This document shows, piece after piece, positions 37,623 through 49,353 of a stretch of 64,000 nucleotides of DNA (the first letter of the stretch is position 1; every line of letters starts with the position of its first letter). The position numbers were made by a program, and so were the translations under genes. Source of the stretch: an uncultured Gemmatimonadales bacterium (GTDB lineage Bacteria > Gemmatimonadota > Gemmatimonadetes > Gemmatimonadales > GWC2-71-9); assembly GCA_963795085.1 (NCBI GenBank), contig CAWCFX010000004.1, positions 544,001 through 608,000 on the forward strand, read 5' to 3'. The notes beneath the pieces are model-generated. The model saw only the letters and a program-made list of their open reading frames with translations, did no database searches and was not told the DNA's origin.

Positions 37623-40600
37623 ATGTATCGTTCCGTATGTACGCTCCTCTCCCTCCTGGCGCTGGCTCCGGCGATTCCCGCGGCGGCCCAGATCGGGGCG
37701 GCCACCGACATCATCACCGGACAGGTGACCGACTCCACCGGGCGGCCGCTGGCCGAGGCGGTGGTAGAAGCGCTGTCTCTGGAGACCCAGGTGATGCGGA
37801 CCGCCAAGACCAACGGGAGCGGCCGCTTCACCATCCTCTTTTCGGACGGCGGCGGACAGTACCGGATGACGGCCCGCTCGATCGGGATGAGCCCGTTCAG
37901 CGCGACGCTGTTCCGCCAGGGCGAGGAGGACCGGCTGGTCTGGAACGTCCGGCTGAGCAGCCGCCCGGTCGTGCTCGACGAGATTACCATCCGGGGGGGG
38001 CCTCGTCCGGTGATCAATCCCGACCGGCCCACCGCCGGGTCCACCGAGCGGAGCCTGACCCCCGACGCGCTGTCCCGGCTGCCCTTCGACCCCACCGATC
38101 TCAACCTGCTGGCCACCCTGGTGCCGGGCGTCGTCGGCCTCGCGGGCAGCGACAGCACCGCCGCCGCCTTTTCCGTAGCGGGGCTCGGGCCGGAGGCCAA
38201 TGCGCTCACGCTGGACGGGCTTCTGTTCGGCACCGGCCTGGTTCCGCAGGAAGGGATCCGCAATACCCGGGTGATCACCAACACCTATGACGTGGCGCGG
38301 GGCCAGTTCAGCGGAGGCCTGGTGTCGGTCACCACCCGGAGCGGCAGCAACGTGGTGCAGGGGACCGCGAACTACTCCCTCCGCGACCAGGCCCTGTCGG
38401 CCGGCGCGGACGACTCGCCCTTCGGGCAGGCGTATAACCAGCAGACGCTGAGCGGGGGGATCGGCGGGCCGCTCCGCCACGACCGTTTCTTCGGGTTCGT
38501 CTCCGGCCAGGCGCGGCTGCGAGATGACCAGACGCTGTCGCTGCTCTCCGCCAACCCGGTCGACCTGGGCCGGCTGGGCGTTGCGCCCGACTCGGTGGAC
38601 CGGTTCATCGGGCTGGTGGGCGCCGAGGGCCTCTCGCCGGTCACCGACAGCAGCGGGAACCGCTCCAGCGACAACCTGAGCGCGCTGTTGCGGCTGGACT
38701 ACCTGATCTCCAACGCGCACACGCTGACGCTCCGGGGCGACTGGCAGGGCACCAGCCAGGATCCGACCCGGATCAGTTCCGTGGCCCTGCCCCAGACCGG
38801 CGGGATATCCAGTTCCTCGAGCGGCGGGGGCATGGCGACGCTGACCTCCCGGTTTGGCGCCGCGGTCATCAATGAAGCCCGGGTGTACCTCTCCGGGGCG
38901 CAGAACGACGGGACCCCGTTTCAGCCGCTGCCTTCCGGCCGGGTCCAGGTGGCTTCCGACTTTCCTGACGGAACTCAGGGCATCACCACGCTGGGTTTCG
39001 GCGGCAATACATCGCTGCCCCGCGAAAGCAGCACCAGCGGCCGGGAAGCGGCCAACGAGATCTCCTGGCTCCCGGGCGACGCCAGTCACCGGATCAAGCT
39101 GGGCGGCCTCTGGAGCCAGCGCCGGTCAACCGACGTGGTGGCGGCCAACCAGTATGGCACCTTCAGCTACAATTCGCTGGCCGACTTCGAAGCGGGCCAG
39201 CCGGCTTCGTTTACCCGCACGCTGGCGCCGATCCGGCGCACCTCGTCCTCGGATGAGTTTGCGCTCTATGCCGGTGATACCTGGAGGCTCAGCTCCGCCT
39301 GGCAGCTCACCTACGGGCTGCGCTGGGAGGCCACCGGACTCGGCAACGCACCGGCCTACAACCCGGCCGTGGACTCGGTTTTCGGGCGCCGCACCGACCG
39401 CTTCCCGGCCGACCGCCACCTGAGCCCCCGCATCGGCTTCAACTACATGGTGGGAACCGGCGGGGGCCTGCCCTCCCTGGTCATCCGTGGCGGAGTGGGT
39501 GAGTTCCGCAGCCAGATCGCCTCGCGGCTGGGGGCCTCCGCGGTGAGCGCGACCGGGCTCCCCAACTCCGAGGGCCAGATCTTCTGCGTCGGTGCCGACG
39601 TGCCCACACCCGACTGGGCCGCCTACCACCAGGACCCGTCAACGATTCCGGCCAGTTGCCTCGGCAGTGGAGGCCCGGCGAACCCGGCTCCCAGGAACGT
39701 GACGGTATTCGGCGAGGATTTCGGCGCTCCCCGGGCCTGGCGCAGTTCCCTCGGTGTCCAGAAAACGTTGACCGGCCTGATCCGGTTAACGGCGGACGCG
39801 AGCTACTCCCGGGGGGGGAGCCAGACCGGGTACCGGGAACTCAACCTGCGCAGCCAGCCGGCCTTTACCCTGGCGGCGGAGGGAAACCGCCCGGTGTTCA
39901 GTCCGGCCGCGGGTATCGTCCCAGAGACCGGCACGGTGCCGTTCACCGCCTCCCGGGCCGACTCTTCGTTCGGGCACGTGCTGGAGATCGGATCGGGAAT
40001 GGAATCGGAGGCGCTGCAGTTCTCGGTTGGCCTGACCGGAGTGACCCGCTCGGGAATCATCTTCAACGGGTCCTACACCTGGGCCAGCGCCCGGGATGCG
40101 GTGACCGGGATCGGGATGGGTCCGGAGGGGGGCAGCACGGCCGGCGATCCCAATGCCGGCCAGTGGGCTTCCAGCTCCTTTCAGCGGCGCCATTCCATTC
40201 TGCTCACGGCGATGGTTCCCCTCGGGCGGTCGCTGGAGCTGACGACCATCACCCGCCTTACCTCGGGCGCGCCGTTCACTCCGCTGGTGGGGTCGGATAT
40301 CAACGGCGATGGCTACCGAAACGACCAGGCTTTCATCTTCGGCGCCAACGCGCCGGCTGCCGTGGCGGCCGGCATGGCGAACCTCCTGGAAAATGCCTCG
40401 GGGCGGGTCCGGGCATGCCTGGAGTCCCAGGCGGGCAGGGTGGCCGATCGCAACAGCTGCAACGGGCCGTGGCAGCCCTCGCTGGACCTGCAACTGAACT
40501 GGCGACCCGCGTTCTGGGGACTCAATCGCAAGCTTTCCCTCCAGCTGGTTACCGTGAACATGCTGGGCGGGCTGGACCAGCTCCTTCATGGCAGCGACAA

Positions 40601-41234
40601 TCTCCACGGCTGGGGACAGAACACCCGGCCCGACCCGACGTTACTGTACGTGACCGGATTCGATTCCGGCAACCAGGCGTTTACCTACGCGGTAAACGAG
40701 CGGTTCGGGGCGGCCAACAGCAGCGCCAGCGCGTTCCGGTCGCCCTTCCAGATCGGGATCCAGGCCCGCATTACGATTGGTCCCGACCGCACCCGGCAGG
40801 CCATTGACGGGCTGCGCGGAGGCCGGGGCGGCGGCGGGGAGGGAGGGGGTCGCGGATTCGACCGGGAAACCATGATGCAGCGGCTGCGGGAGGCCTGGGT
40901 CAATCCGGCCCGCGGCGTCCTCGACCTCAAAGACACGCTGCAGCTCAGCGAAGCGCAGACCCTGGCGATTACCGCGCTGGCGGACTCGGTGCAGGGGAAA
41001 CAGGAGGCGCTGATCACGGCATTGTCCCGCCAGCTCGAGGAGGGCGGCTCCGGCGGCGACCCGCAGCGGATGATGGCTGCCCTGCAGCCCCTGTTCCAGG
41101 AGGGCATGACCACCACCCGCGACGCGGTCCAGCGGCTCCAGTCCCTGTTGACGCCGGACCAATGGGCCCGGGTACCGGAAACCATAAAGAACCCGGTGGG
41201 ACGTTTCGGCGGGCGGGGACGGCCTCCGCAATGA
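37623..41234 (+). CDS. TonB-dependent receptor-like outer-membrane protein (carboxypeptidase-regulatory-like N-domain) with C-terminal helical extension
   Basis: ATG 37623, signal peptide, ITGQVTD...GRF...GGQY, YDVARGQFSGGLV...TRSG plug motif, alternating barrel strands, PFQIGIQARITIG. Confidence 0.8.
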   Translation: MYRSVCTLLSLLALAPAIPAAAQIGAATDIITGQVTDSTGRPLAEAVVEALSLETQVMRTAKTNGSGRFTILFSDGGGQYRMTARSIGMSPFSATLFRQGEEDRLVWNVRLSSRPVVLDEITIRGGPRPVINPDRPTAGSTERSLTPDALSRLPFDPTDLNLLATLVPGVVGLAGSDSTAAAFSVAGLGPEANALTLDGLLFGTGLVPQEGIRNTRVITNTYDVARGQFSGGLVSVTTRSGSNVVQGTANYSLRDQALSAGADDSPFGQAYNQQTLSGGIGGPLRHDRFFGFVSGQARLRDDQTLSLLSANPVDLGRLGVAPDSVDRFIGLVGAEGLSPVTDSSGNRSSDNLSALLRLDYLISNAHTLTLRGDWQGTSQDPTRISSVALPQTGGISSSSSGGGMATLTSRFGAAVINEARVYLSGAQNDGTPFQPLPSGRVQVASDFPDGTQGITTLGFGGNTSLPRESSTSGREAANEISWLPGDASHRIKLGGLWSQRRSTDVVAANQYGTFSYNSLADFEAGQPASFTRTLAPIRRTSSSDEFALYAGDTWRLSSAWQLTYGLRWEATGLGNAPAYNPAVDSVFGRRTDRFPADRHLSPRIGFNYMVGTGGGLPSLVIRGGVGEFRSQIASRLGASAVSATGLPNSEGQIFCVGADVPTPDWAAYHQDPSTIPASCLGSGGPANPAPRNVTVFGEDFGAPRAWRSSLGVQKTLTGLIRLTADASYSRGGSQTGYRELNLRSQPAFTLAAEGNRPVFSPAAGIVPETGTVPFTASRADSSFGHVLEIGSGMESEALQFSVGLTGVTRSGIIFNGSYTWASARDAVTGIGMGPEGGSTAGDPNAGQWASSSFQRRHSILLTAMVPLGRSLELTTITRLTSGAPFTPLVGSDINGDGYRNDQAFIFGANAPAAVAAGMANLLENASGRVRACLESQAGRVADRNSCNGPWQPSLDLQLNWRPAFWGLNRKLSLQLVTVNMLGGLDQLLHGSDNLHGWGQNTRPDPTLLYVTGFDSGNQAFTYAVNERFGAANSSASAFRSPFQIGIQARITIGPDRTRQAIDGLRGGRGGGGEGGGRGFDRETMMQRLREAWVNPARGVLDLKDTLQLSEAQTLAITALADSVQGKQEALITALSRQLEEGGSGGDPQRMMAALQPLFQEGMTTTRDAVQRLQSLLTPDQWARVPETIKNPVGRFGGRGRPPQ

Positions 41235-41929
41235 CCGGGCGGCCGTGGAATACCGGGATCCTGATGGCCCTCCTGGCATGCTCGGGGCAGGAGCAGCCGC
41301 GCGCCCAGCCGGACGCCACCGACCGGCAACCCGTTCCCCCCGTGACCGCGGCCCGGCCCACAATCGTCTTCCTGGGGACCAGTATCACGGCCGGGCTGGG
41401 GCTGGATCCCGCGCAGGCCTACCCGGCCCTCATCCAGGATCGGCTGGATTCGCTGGGCCTTGGCTACGAGGTGATCAACGCGGGAGTAAGCGGCGAGACA
41501 TCGGCGGGGGCCCTGGCGAGGATCGGCTGGGTGCTGCGGCAGCAGCCGGCCGTACTGGTCCTCGAGACCGGCGCCAACGACGGACTCCGCGGCCAGCCGG
41601 CGGACGCGATCGCCGGGAATATCCAGGCCATCATTGACCGCACCCGGGAACTATCACCCACCACGGCGATCATCCTGGCGGGCATGCAGGCGCTCCCCAA
41701 CCTCGGCAACCGCTACGTGCGCGGTTTCGTGGCGATCTACCCCGAACTGGCCCGGTCGAACGGGCTGCCCCTGGTGCCGTTCATCCTCGAGGGCGTGGGG
41801 GGCGTGGACTCACTCAACCAGTCCGACGGCATTCATCCCACGCCCGCCGGGCAGCGCATCGTCGCGGACAATGTCTGGAGAGTCCTGGAGCCGGTCCTGC
41901 GCTCCCGGCCTCCGGATTCGCCTGCCTGA
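41231..41929 (+). CDS. tesA: Arylesterase/thioesterase, TesA-like SGNH hydrolase lipoprotein
   Basis: ATGA overlap, lipobox LLAC, FLGTSITAG, NAGVSGET, GAND, DGIHP. Confidence 0.9.
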   Translation: MTGRPWNTGILMALLACSGQEQPRAQPDATDRQPVPPVTAARPTIVFLGTSITAGLGLDPAQAYPALIQDRLDSLGLGYEVINAGVSGETSAGALARIGWVLRQQPAVLVLETGANDGLRGQPADAIAGNIQAIIDRTRELSPTTAIILAGMQALPNLGNRYVRGFVAIYPELARSNGLPLVPFILEGVGGVDSLNQSDGIHPTPAGQRIVADNVWRVLEPVLRSRPPDSPA

Positions 41930-41940
41930 CCGCGGCCCGG

Positions 41941-42411
41941 CTACTCCTGGATGGAGAGCCGGGGTACGTCGGTGTCCTTCCCGCCCTCCCGCAGGTGCTG
42001 GCGCGCCTGCTTCGCCATCTCCAGGTAGACCCGCTGAAAACGGGACAGCTCCTCCGACGAGAGTTCCTCGAGGTCCAGCAGGGCGGTGTGGGCGCCTTTA
42101 TGCGACCGGATCAGCTCGTCCAGCTTGAGGTGGATCGCCACGGTATCCCGGTTCTGGGTGTTCTGGATCAGGAACACCATCAGGAAGGTGACGATGGTCG
42201 TGCCGGTGTTAATGACCAGCTGCCAGGTGTCGCTGAAGTGAAAGAGCGGGCCGGTGACGGCCCAGGCCAGGATGATCCCCGCGGCGCCGATAAAGGCGAT
42301 GGGCCGCCCGGACGTGCGGGCGGCCCATTTCGCGAACCTGGTGAAGGGATCCCGCCGGCCGAGCGAGGTGGGCCGCGGCTCCACGGTGAGTTCTCGGACT
42401 TTTCTGGGCAT
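41941..42411 (-). CDS. Low-affinity iron permease (Fet4) family protein
   Basis: FSDTWQLVINTGTTIVTFLMVFLIQNTQNRD...KLDELI. Confidence 0.92.
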   Translation of the reverse strand: MPRKVRELTVEPRPTSLGRRDPFTRFAKWAARTSGRPIAFIGAAGIILAWAVTGPLFHFSDTWQLVINTGTTIVTFLMVFLIQNTQNRDTVAIHLKLDELIRSHKGAHTALLDLEELSSEELSRFQRVYLEMAKQARQHLREGGKDTDVPRLSIQE

Positions 42412-42412
42412 T

Positions 42413-42844
42413 TCAGCTTTCCAGCGTGGCCTCCATGTTCACCGTGATGTTTCCCTTGAACGCCTGCGAAACCGGACATCCATTCTTCGCGCCTTCGGCC
42501 GCGGCCGCGAACGCCGCCTGGTCTATACCCGGCACCTTGCCACGGACGACCAGGCGCATGGTCGTAATCTTGAACCCTTCGGCGACCTTCTCCATGGTGG
42601 CGGAGGCGGTGGTGGTGATGGTCTCGGGGACATGGCCGCCGCGCTCCAGCGCGCCCGACAGGGCCATGCTGAAGCAGGCGGCGTGGGCCGCGGCCAGCAG
42701 CTCTTCGGGGTTGGTGCCTGGTGCGCTTTCGAACCGGGTCGGGAATGAATAGCTGCCCTTGAAGGCTCCGGTCTTCGCCTCAAAGGTGCCCTTGCCGCCC
42801 TTGAGCCCGCCGTCCCATCTGGCGTTGGCCGTACTGATGGTCAT
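42413..42844 (-). CDS. osmC: OsmC-family peroxiredoxin
   Basis: GTNPEELLAAAHAACFSMAL, AKNGCPVSQA. Confidence 0.93.
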   Translation of the reverse strand: MTISTANARWDGGLKGGKGTFEAKTGAFKGSYSFPTRFESAPGTNPEELLAAAHAACFSMALSGALERGGHVPETITTTASATMEKVAEGFKITTMRLVVRGKVPGIDQAAFAAAAEGAKNGCPVSQAFKGNITVNMEATLES

Positions 42845-42883
42845 GAGTCTGCTCCTGCCGGCTGCCGGGCCGGCGGTTGGTTG

Positions 42884-43359
42884 TTAGAACGGAAACGTCA
42901 CTCCCGCGCCGATGCGGAAGATCGTTTCGGAGTTGACGAAGGTCCATCGTCCCTCGACATAGATCTGGCTGCCGGGCCGGGGTATGGGCCGGAAACCGAG
43001 GAACAAGTTAACGCCGGTGCCGGTGTCGTCGCCGGAGTCGAAGGCCCGGTGAAGATAGGCCACGCCCGCCCCGATGTAGGCCTGGTCCCGGGGGCCTCGC
43101 AGCGCCAGGTCCCCGTTGATCTGGAAGTCGTCGCCGATGTCTTTCAGCGCCAGGTCGCCGGAGGGCCGGAGGTCCAGCGTCCGGGCCAGCGGAATCCGGA
43201 GGTGGGCGCCGGCGGTCCAGGTGTCCGCCGAGAAATCCCGGCCGGCCCGGAGCCCCACTTCCGGCGCGGCCCGTACCCGGCTTCCGTATCGCTGGGCCTG
43301 CGCCGCACTGCCGGAACCGAGCAGCAGGGCAATGCCGATGGCCACCGCGCGTACCTGAA

Positions 43360-43363
<4 letters not shown>
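42884..43363 (-). CDS. Small outer-membrane beta-barrel protein
   Basis: ATG 43363, signal peptide, about 8 amphipathic strands, C-terminal GAGVTFPF. Confidence 0.7.
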
Positions 43364-45633
<2,270 letters not shown>

Positions 45634-45714
45634 ATGCTGGACTATAGCCACCGATGACCGTTGCGCTAGGCCGGGTGGCGTACCACCCGGCCCGGTGCCA
45701 TGGCGTGAGGAATT

Positions 45715-46308
45715 TCAGCGGGCGCCCATCCGGCGGGCGATGGGAATGCCGAGCAGCAGGCCCAGCGCGAGGACCGCACCGGCGGGAATGCCGGCATCCG
45801 TGCCTGCCGGACGGCCGGTGTTGAGCGCCACCTGGGCCCGAAGCGCCGCATCGATGTCCTGGCGGGTGAGGGGACGCGGAATGATCCACCGGCCGCCCTC
45901 GCCGGAGCGGCTGGGCACCTGAACGGTGCCGGGCATACCACTCTTATCGACGGCCACCAGCATGCCGGCCCCATCGGCCTGGCCCAGCTGAAACGCCAGC
46001 ACCCAGGTCCCATTCCCCTGCGGCGCAAAGCGCACCGCAAAGACGCCAGGCTTGGAGGTCGCAACGATCTCCAGCCGCAGGGTCTGCCGGCGGCCGTTGA
46101 CCAGCCCCTCGGCGGTCCCGGTCAGCGGAAACTGGGTCGGGGTTCCGTGGTGATACGTGTGAACCAGGAGAAAGGCTCCCCGGGTGACCGCCTCATGCGG
46201 GTTGGCGGGAAACTCGGCCGAGATCCAGGGTGGGCCGGCGACGGCCGGTGTCGCGACGAGACTCAAGGCGGCGACAGCGCTGAGAACGGACAGCAGGGGG
46301 GAGGGCAT
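45715..46308 (-). CDS. Exported hypothetical protein with C-terminal anchor (separate gene inside track ORF 45715..47277)
   Basis: Own RBS (GAGG) and ATG 46308, signal peptide MPSPLLSVLSAVAALSLVATPAVA, own promoter motif at 46353-46378. Confidence 0.7.
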   Translation of the reverse strand: MPSPLLSVLSAVAALSLVATPAVAGPPWISAEFPANPHEAVTRGAFLLVHTYHHGTPTQFPLTGTAEGLVNGRRQTLRLEIVATSKPGVFAVRFAPQGNGTWVLAFQLGQADGAGMLVAVDKSGMPGTVQVPSRSGEGGRWIIPRPLTRQDIDAALRAQVALNTGRPAGTDAGIPAGAVLALGLLLGIPIARRMGAR

Positions 46309-46352
46309 GGGGGCCTCGCTTTTCGGGGGAAGGATCATGGTGCCGTAGATCA

Positions 46353-46378
46353 GATGTCGCCCGGCGCCCCCGGGTTTA
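46353..46378 (-). promoter_or_regulatory. Candidate ECF promoter TAAACC-N16-CATC
   Basis: Same elements and spacing as at 48481-48506. Confidence 0.6.
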
Positions 46379-46385
46379 GAGACTC

Positions 46386-47277
46386 CTATTTTTTCCGCAA
46401 GAAGAATATTTCCCTTGAACGAGCGCACCGAGATATCGGCGCCGCCACCATCCCCGGTGCTGAAGGACTGCTCTATCCCGGCCCGGCCGGAGCCGGAGGC
46501 CGGCGGGCCAAACTCGTTGCGGATGGTGCCGTGATAGCTGGAGAGGTCGAAATCCGCCTTGATGTCACGGGGGAGGAGGATGTCGATCATTCCGCTGTGG
46601 GTCTCGATGGTGAGGTCGCCGTCGCGGGTGAGCCAGCCGGAAAATTCCAGGTCTCCGGTCACCGACTCGATGCGGGCCCGCCGCATGCCGGCGGAGAGCA
46701 TGCTCACCGACCCGCTGACCGTGGCGGCGCCGACGTCCTCGCCCGGACCCCGGATGGTGATGGCCCCGCTGGCGGTCTTGGCCCGGATCCAGGTTCCGCC
46801 GGCATTCACCTCGATGTTGCCATCCATGGTCTCGAGGTTCAGTTGATCCGGCTCTCCCTCGAACCGGATGGTGCCGCTGGTGCTGAACCCATCCACGCCC
46901 CCGCGCAGCCCGGTAAACACGATGGTGGCGGTGGCGGTCTTCACCCACACTTTGGCCCGGGCGGGAACCCGGAGGTAGAGATGAGCCGGCGGCTGGTCCA
47001 GTTCGAGTGGCCCTTCCACGCCCATTTTGGCGGCCCGGCGGTTTCCGCCCATGAAGAAGCGGGTGGTCGGGCTGCCGGCCAGCGAGCCGGTGACGGCCAC
47101 GGTATCCCGGTCCCAGCCTTCGATCCGGACCGAGCCGGCCATGTTGTGGATCCGGAGCGAGACATCGGGATCCACCGCGATGCGGCGGTCGATTCGCTGC
47201 TCGCCCGACTGGCCCCAGAGGGGCGGGGCCGCCAGGGCGAGCGCAAGTACGGCCGCGAGGGCGCTAGCTGGCCGCAT
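46386..47277 (-). CDS. DUF4097 (beta-strand repeat) exported protein; probable 1-bp insertion near 46400
   Basis: Signal peptide, GSVRIEGWDRD, repeated T/S-x-x-G-x-I units. Removing one base gives the end FKGNILLRKK* (TAG 46388-46386). Confidence 0.75.
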
Positions 47278-47872
47278 GCTGCGCCGCCCGCTCGAGCAGA
47301 TCGAGCTTCTTTTCCCAGGAGGCCCACAGCGACTCGGCTACCCGCTGGTTGCCGGGATTCTCCGCCAGGGCGGCCTGGGTCTCCCGGATGGCTTCGTCAA
47401 TGATGCGGAGGTTCTGCTCCACCACGGCCAGCGCGGCGGGGGTCAGCTGGGTCCGCCGCCGGTCAAGCGCCAGCGCCAGTTCTTCCGCGGCCTGGCGGTA
47501 GGTGGCTTCGGTCACTTCGAAGCTGCTGACCGGTACCGCGCCGGGCGGCCGGCGCACCACCACCGCGGTGACCGCCGAACTCAGAGCCATCAGGAGGATC
47601 GCGGCGGCCACCAGGAGCCCGCGGCGGCTCCACCACGCGGATGCGACGATCGGGGTCACGCCACGGGTCCGGATACCGGGCCAGAGCGATACCGGCGGGG
47701 TGACCTCCCGGGGGAGCGCCGCCACCGCGCCTTTCAGCGTCCGCTGGAACCGGAAATCAGCCCGGCACTCCTCGCAGGCCAGCAGGTGCTGTTCTATCGC
47801 CTCGGCCTCGGCCTGGTCCAGCCGGCCTTCGTGGTAGGCATCGAGCCGCTCGAAGAGTTGCAGGCAAGTCAT
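47264..47872 (-). CDS. Zinc-binding (ZAS) anti-sigma factor
   Basis: HLLACEEC (HxxxCxxC), LWPGI, single TM helix. Confidence 0.88.
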   Translation of the reverse strand: MTCLQLFERLDAYHEGRLDQAEAEAIEQHLLACEECRADFRFQRTLKGAVAALPREVTPPVSLWPGIRTRGVTPIVASAWWSRRGLLVAAAILLMALSSAVTAVVVRRPPGAVPVSSFEVTEATYRQAAEELALALDRRRTQLTPAALAVVEQNLRIIDEAIRETQAALAENPGNQRVAESLWASWEKKLDLLERAAQHAAS

Positions 47873-48471
47873 CGGTCCAGCATCTCCCGTAACAGGCGCC
47901 GGGCGCGGAACAGCTGCGCCTTGGAGGTTCCCGCGGCCACGCCGCTCATCTCCGCGATTTCTTCATGTTGATAGCCTTCGATGTCATGGAGCACAAAAAC
48001 AGCCCTGGCTCCCGCCGGCAGTGACGCAATAGCCCGCTCCAGGTCCATCCGGATACCGGGCGCCGCGATCCGGGCGGGACGGTCAAGGTTGGCCAGGTCG
48101 GATCCCAGCGAAACCCGGGCTTCGCGACGGCCCCGGGCCCGCCGCTCCGTCAATGCCACGTTGACCGCGAGCCGGTGGAGCCAGGTGGAAAAGGCGCTCT
48201 CACCCCGGAAAGTGTCCAGCTTCTCCCAGGCCCGAACGAATACATCCTGGGTCAGCTCCTCAGCCAGGGCGGGGTCGGCCGCCAGGCGGAGACAGAGGGC
48301 GTACACCCGGTCCACCGACCCCTCGTAGAGGGACCGGAAGGCGGATTCGCTGCCATCCCGGGCGGCGGCGACCAGTTCACCGACAGCCGCCGGAGGCCCT
48401 GGATCCATCAAGCGGAGCCTGGGTGGCCCAGTTTCGGGGGCCGGGGCGGATGGGAGCCTTCTGATTTGCAC
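47869..48471 (-). CDS. ECF RNA polymerase sigma factor
   Basis: AEELTQDVF, FRGESAFSTWLHRLAVN, EGYQHEEIA, GTSKAQLFRAR. Confidence 0.95.
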   Translation of the reverse strand: MQIRRLPSAPAPETGPPRLRLMDPGPPAAVGELVAAARDGSESAFRSLYEGSVDRVYALCLRLAADPALAEELTQDVFVRAWEKLDTFRGESAFSTWLHRLAVNVALTERRARGRREARVSLGSDLANLDRPARIAAPGIRMDLERAIASLPAGARAVFVLHDIEGYQHEEIAEMSGVAAGTSKAQLFRARRLLREMLDR

Positions 48472-48480
48472 ACCTAATGG

Positions 48481-48506
48481 GATGCCGGTGGGAGACCGGG
48501 GGTTTA
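48481..48506 (-). promoter_or_regulatory. Candidate autoregulatory ECF promoter TAAACC-N16-CATC
   Basis: Ends 9 nt upstream of the sigma GTG. Confidence 0.6.
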
Positions 48507-48854
48507 TCCCTCGACCCGGACGACTTCCACGATCGGGCCGACCATACAGGTGCTCATCAGGTCGGGCCGGGGGCGGAGTATCAGGATGGCCTGTTTCCCG
48601 TCCGCCAGGAGGCCCGCGGGTGCCGAGCCGCGCGACAACTCGTAGTGCTTCCCATCATTGGCCTCGAAGCGCCAGCAGCCGCCTTCGACGTTTACGGAGC
48701 GAACGGTTCCGGTCGCCCGGAATGTGGTGGAGTCGGGCATGGGTTCCTGGGCCGTGGGTGGGGCCGAATCGGGCCGCTGGAGGGCGCCGTTACTGGCAGG
48801 ACGGCAGGCCACCAGTACGGCGGCAGCCAAGACGAGCGTCAGCGTGCATTTCAT
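48504..48854 (-). CDS. Hypothetical lipoprotein
   Basis: Lipobox LVAC; GTVRSVNVEGGCW...STCMVG. Confidence 0.7.
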   Translation of the reverse strand: MKCTLTLVLAAAVLVACRPASNGALQRPDSAPPTAQEPMPDSTTFRATGTVRSVNVEGGCWRFEANDGKHYELSRGSAPAGLLADGKQAILILRPRPDLMSTCMVGPIVEVVRVEG

Positions 48855-49240
48855 GCTTCCTCCTTGGCGAATTCGGCCAGGATCACCGTGGTCCCGCAGG
48901 GGGCCCGGATCCCGATCTCCTCCGCGCCGTAAAAGGTCTTGCGTTGGGGAACCACCACCTTGGCGCCCTGGAGGCGGGGAAGGTAATCCCCCAGGGATTC
49001 CACTTCGATGAAGAGATGGGTCCGGGAGACGAACGGGTCGAGCGCCAGGGCGGGGACGTCTTTGGCGACGCTGGCCCTGCTCTGGTACATCACTTCGACC
49101 GGCCCGCTGGCGAGAATGGCGAACCCCATCTGGTCGCCTTCCGGCAGACTCATGACCAGGGTAAATCCCAGCCGATCGGTCCAGAATGGCAGGACCGGCT
49201 CGATGGTTTCGACGAAAATGACGGGGGTGAGTTTTTTCAC
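48851..49240 (-). CDS. VOC/glyoxalase-family protein
   Basis: KLTPVIFV, FWTDRLGF, LFIEV, RKTFYGAEEIGIRAPCG. GTG 49240. Confidence 0.8.
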   Translation of the reverse strand: MKKLTPVIFVETIEPVLPFWTDRLGFTLVMSLPEGDQMGFAILASGPVEVMYQSRASVAKDVPALALDPFVSRTHLFIEVESLGDYLPRLQGAKVVVPQRKTFYGAEEIGIRAPCGTTVILAEFAKEEA

Positions 49241-49315
49241 GGTCGGCGGTCCGGTTGGGGCAGGCGCGCTGCTATTATACACCCGGCTGAAAGAAGCCCG
49301 GCGGGAGGCCGCATG

Positions 49316-49341
49316 GCAACCTTTCGCTCCCCCCGCCTATC
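49316..49341 (+). promoter_or_regulatory. Candidate autoregulatory ECF promoter GCAACC-N16-TATC
   Basis: 12 nt upstream of the second sigma ATG; same spacing as the two TAAACC-N16-CATC sites. Confidence 0.5.
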
Positions 49342-49353
49342 CAACCCCACGCA

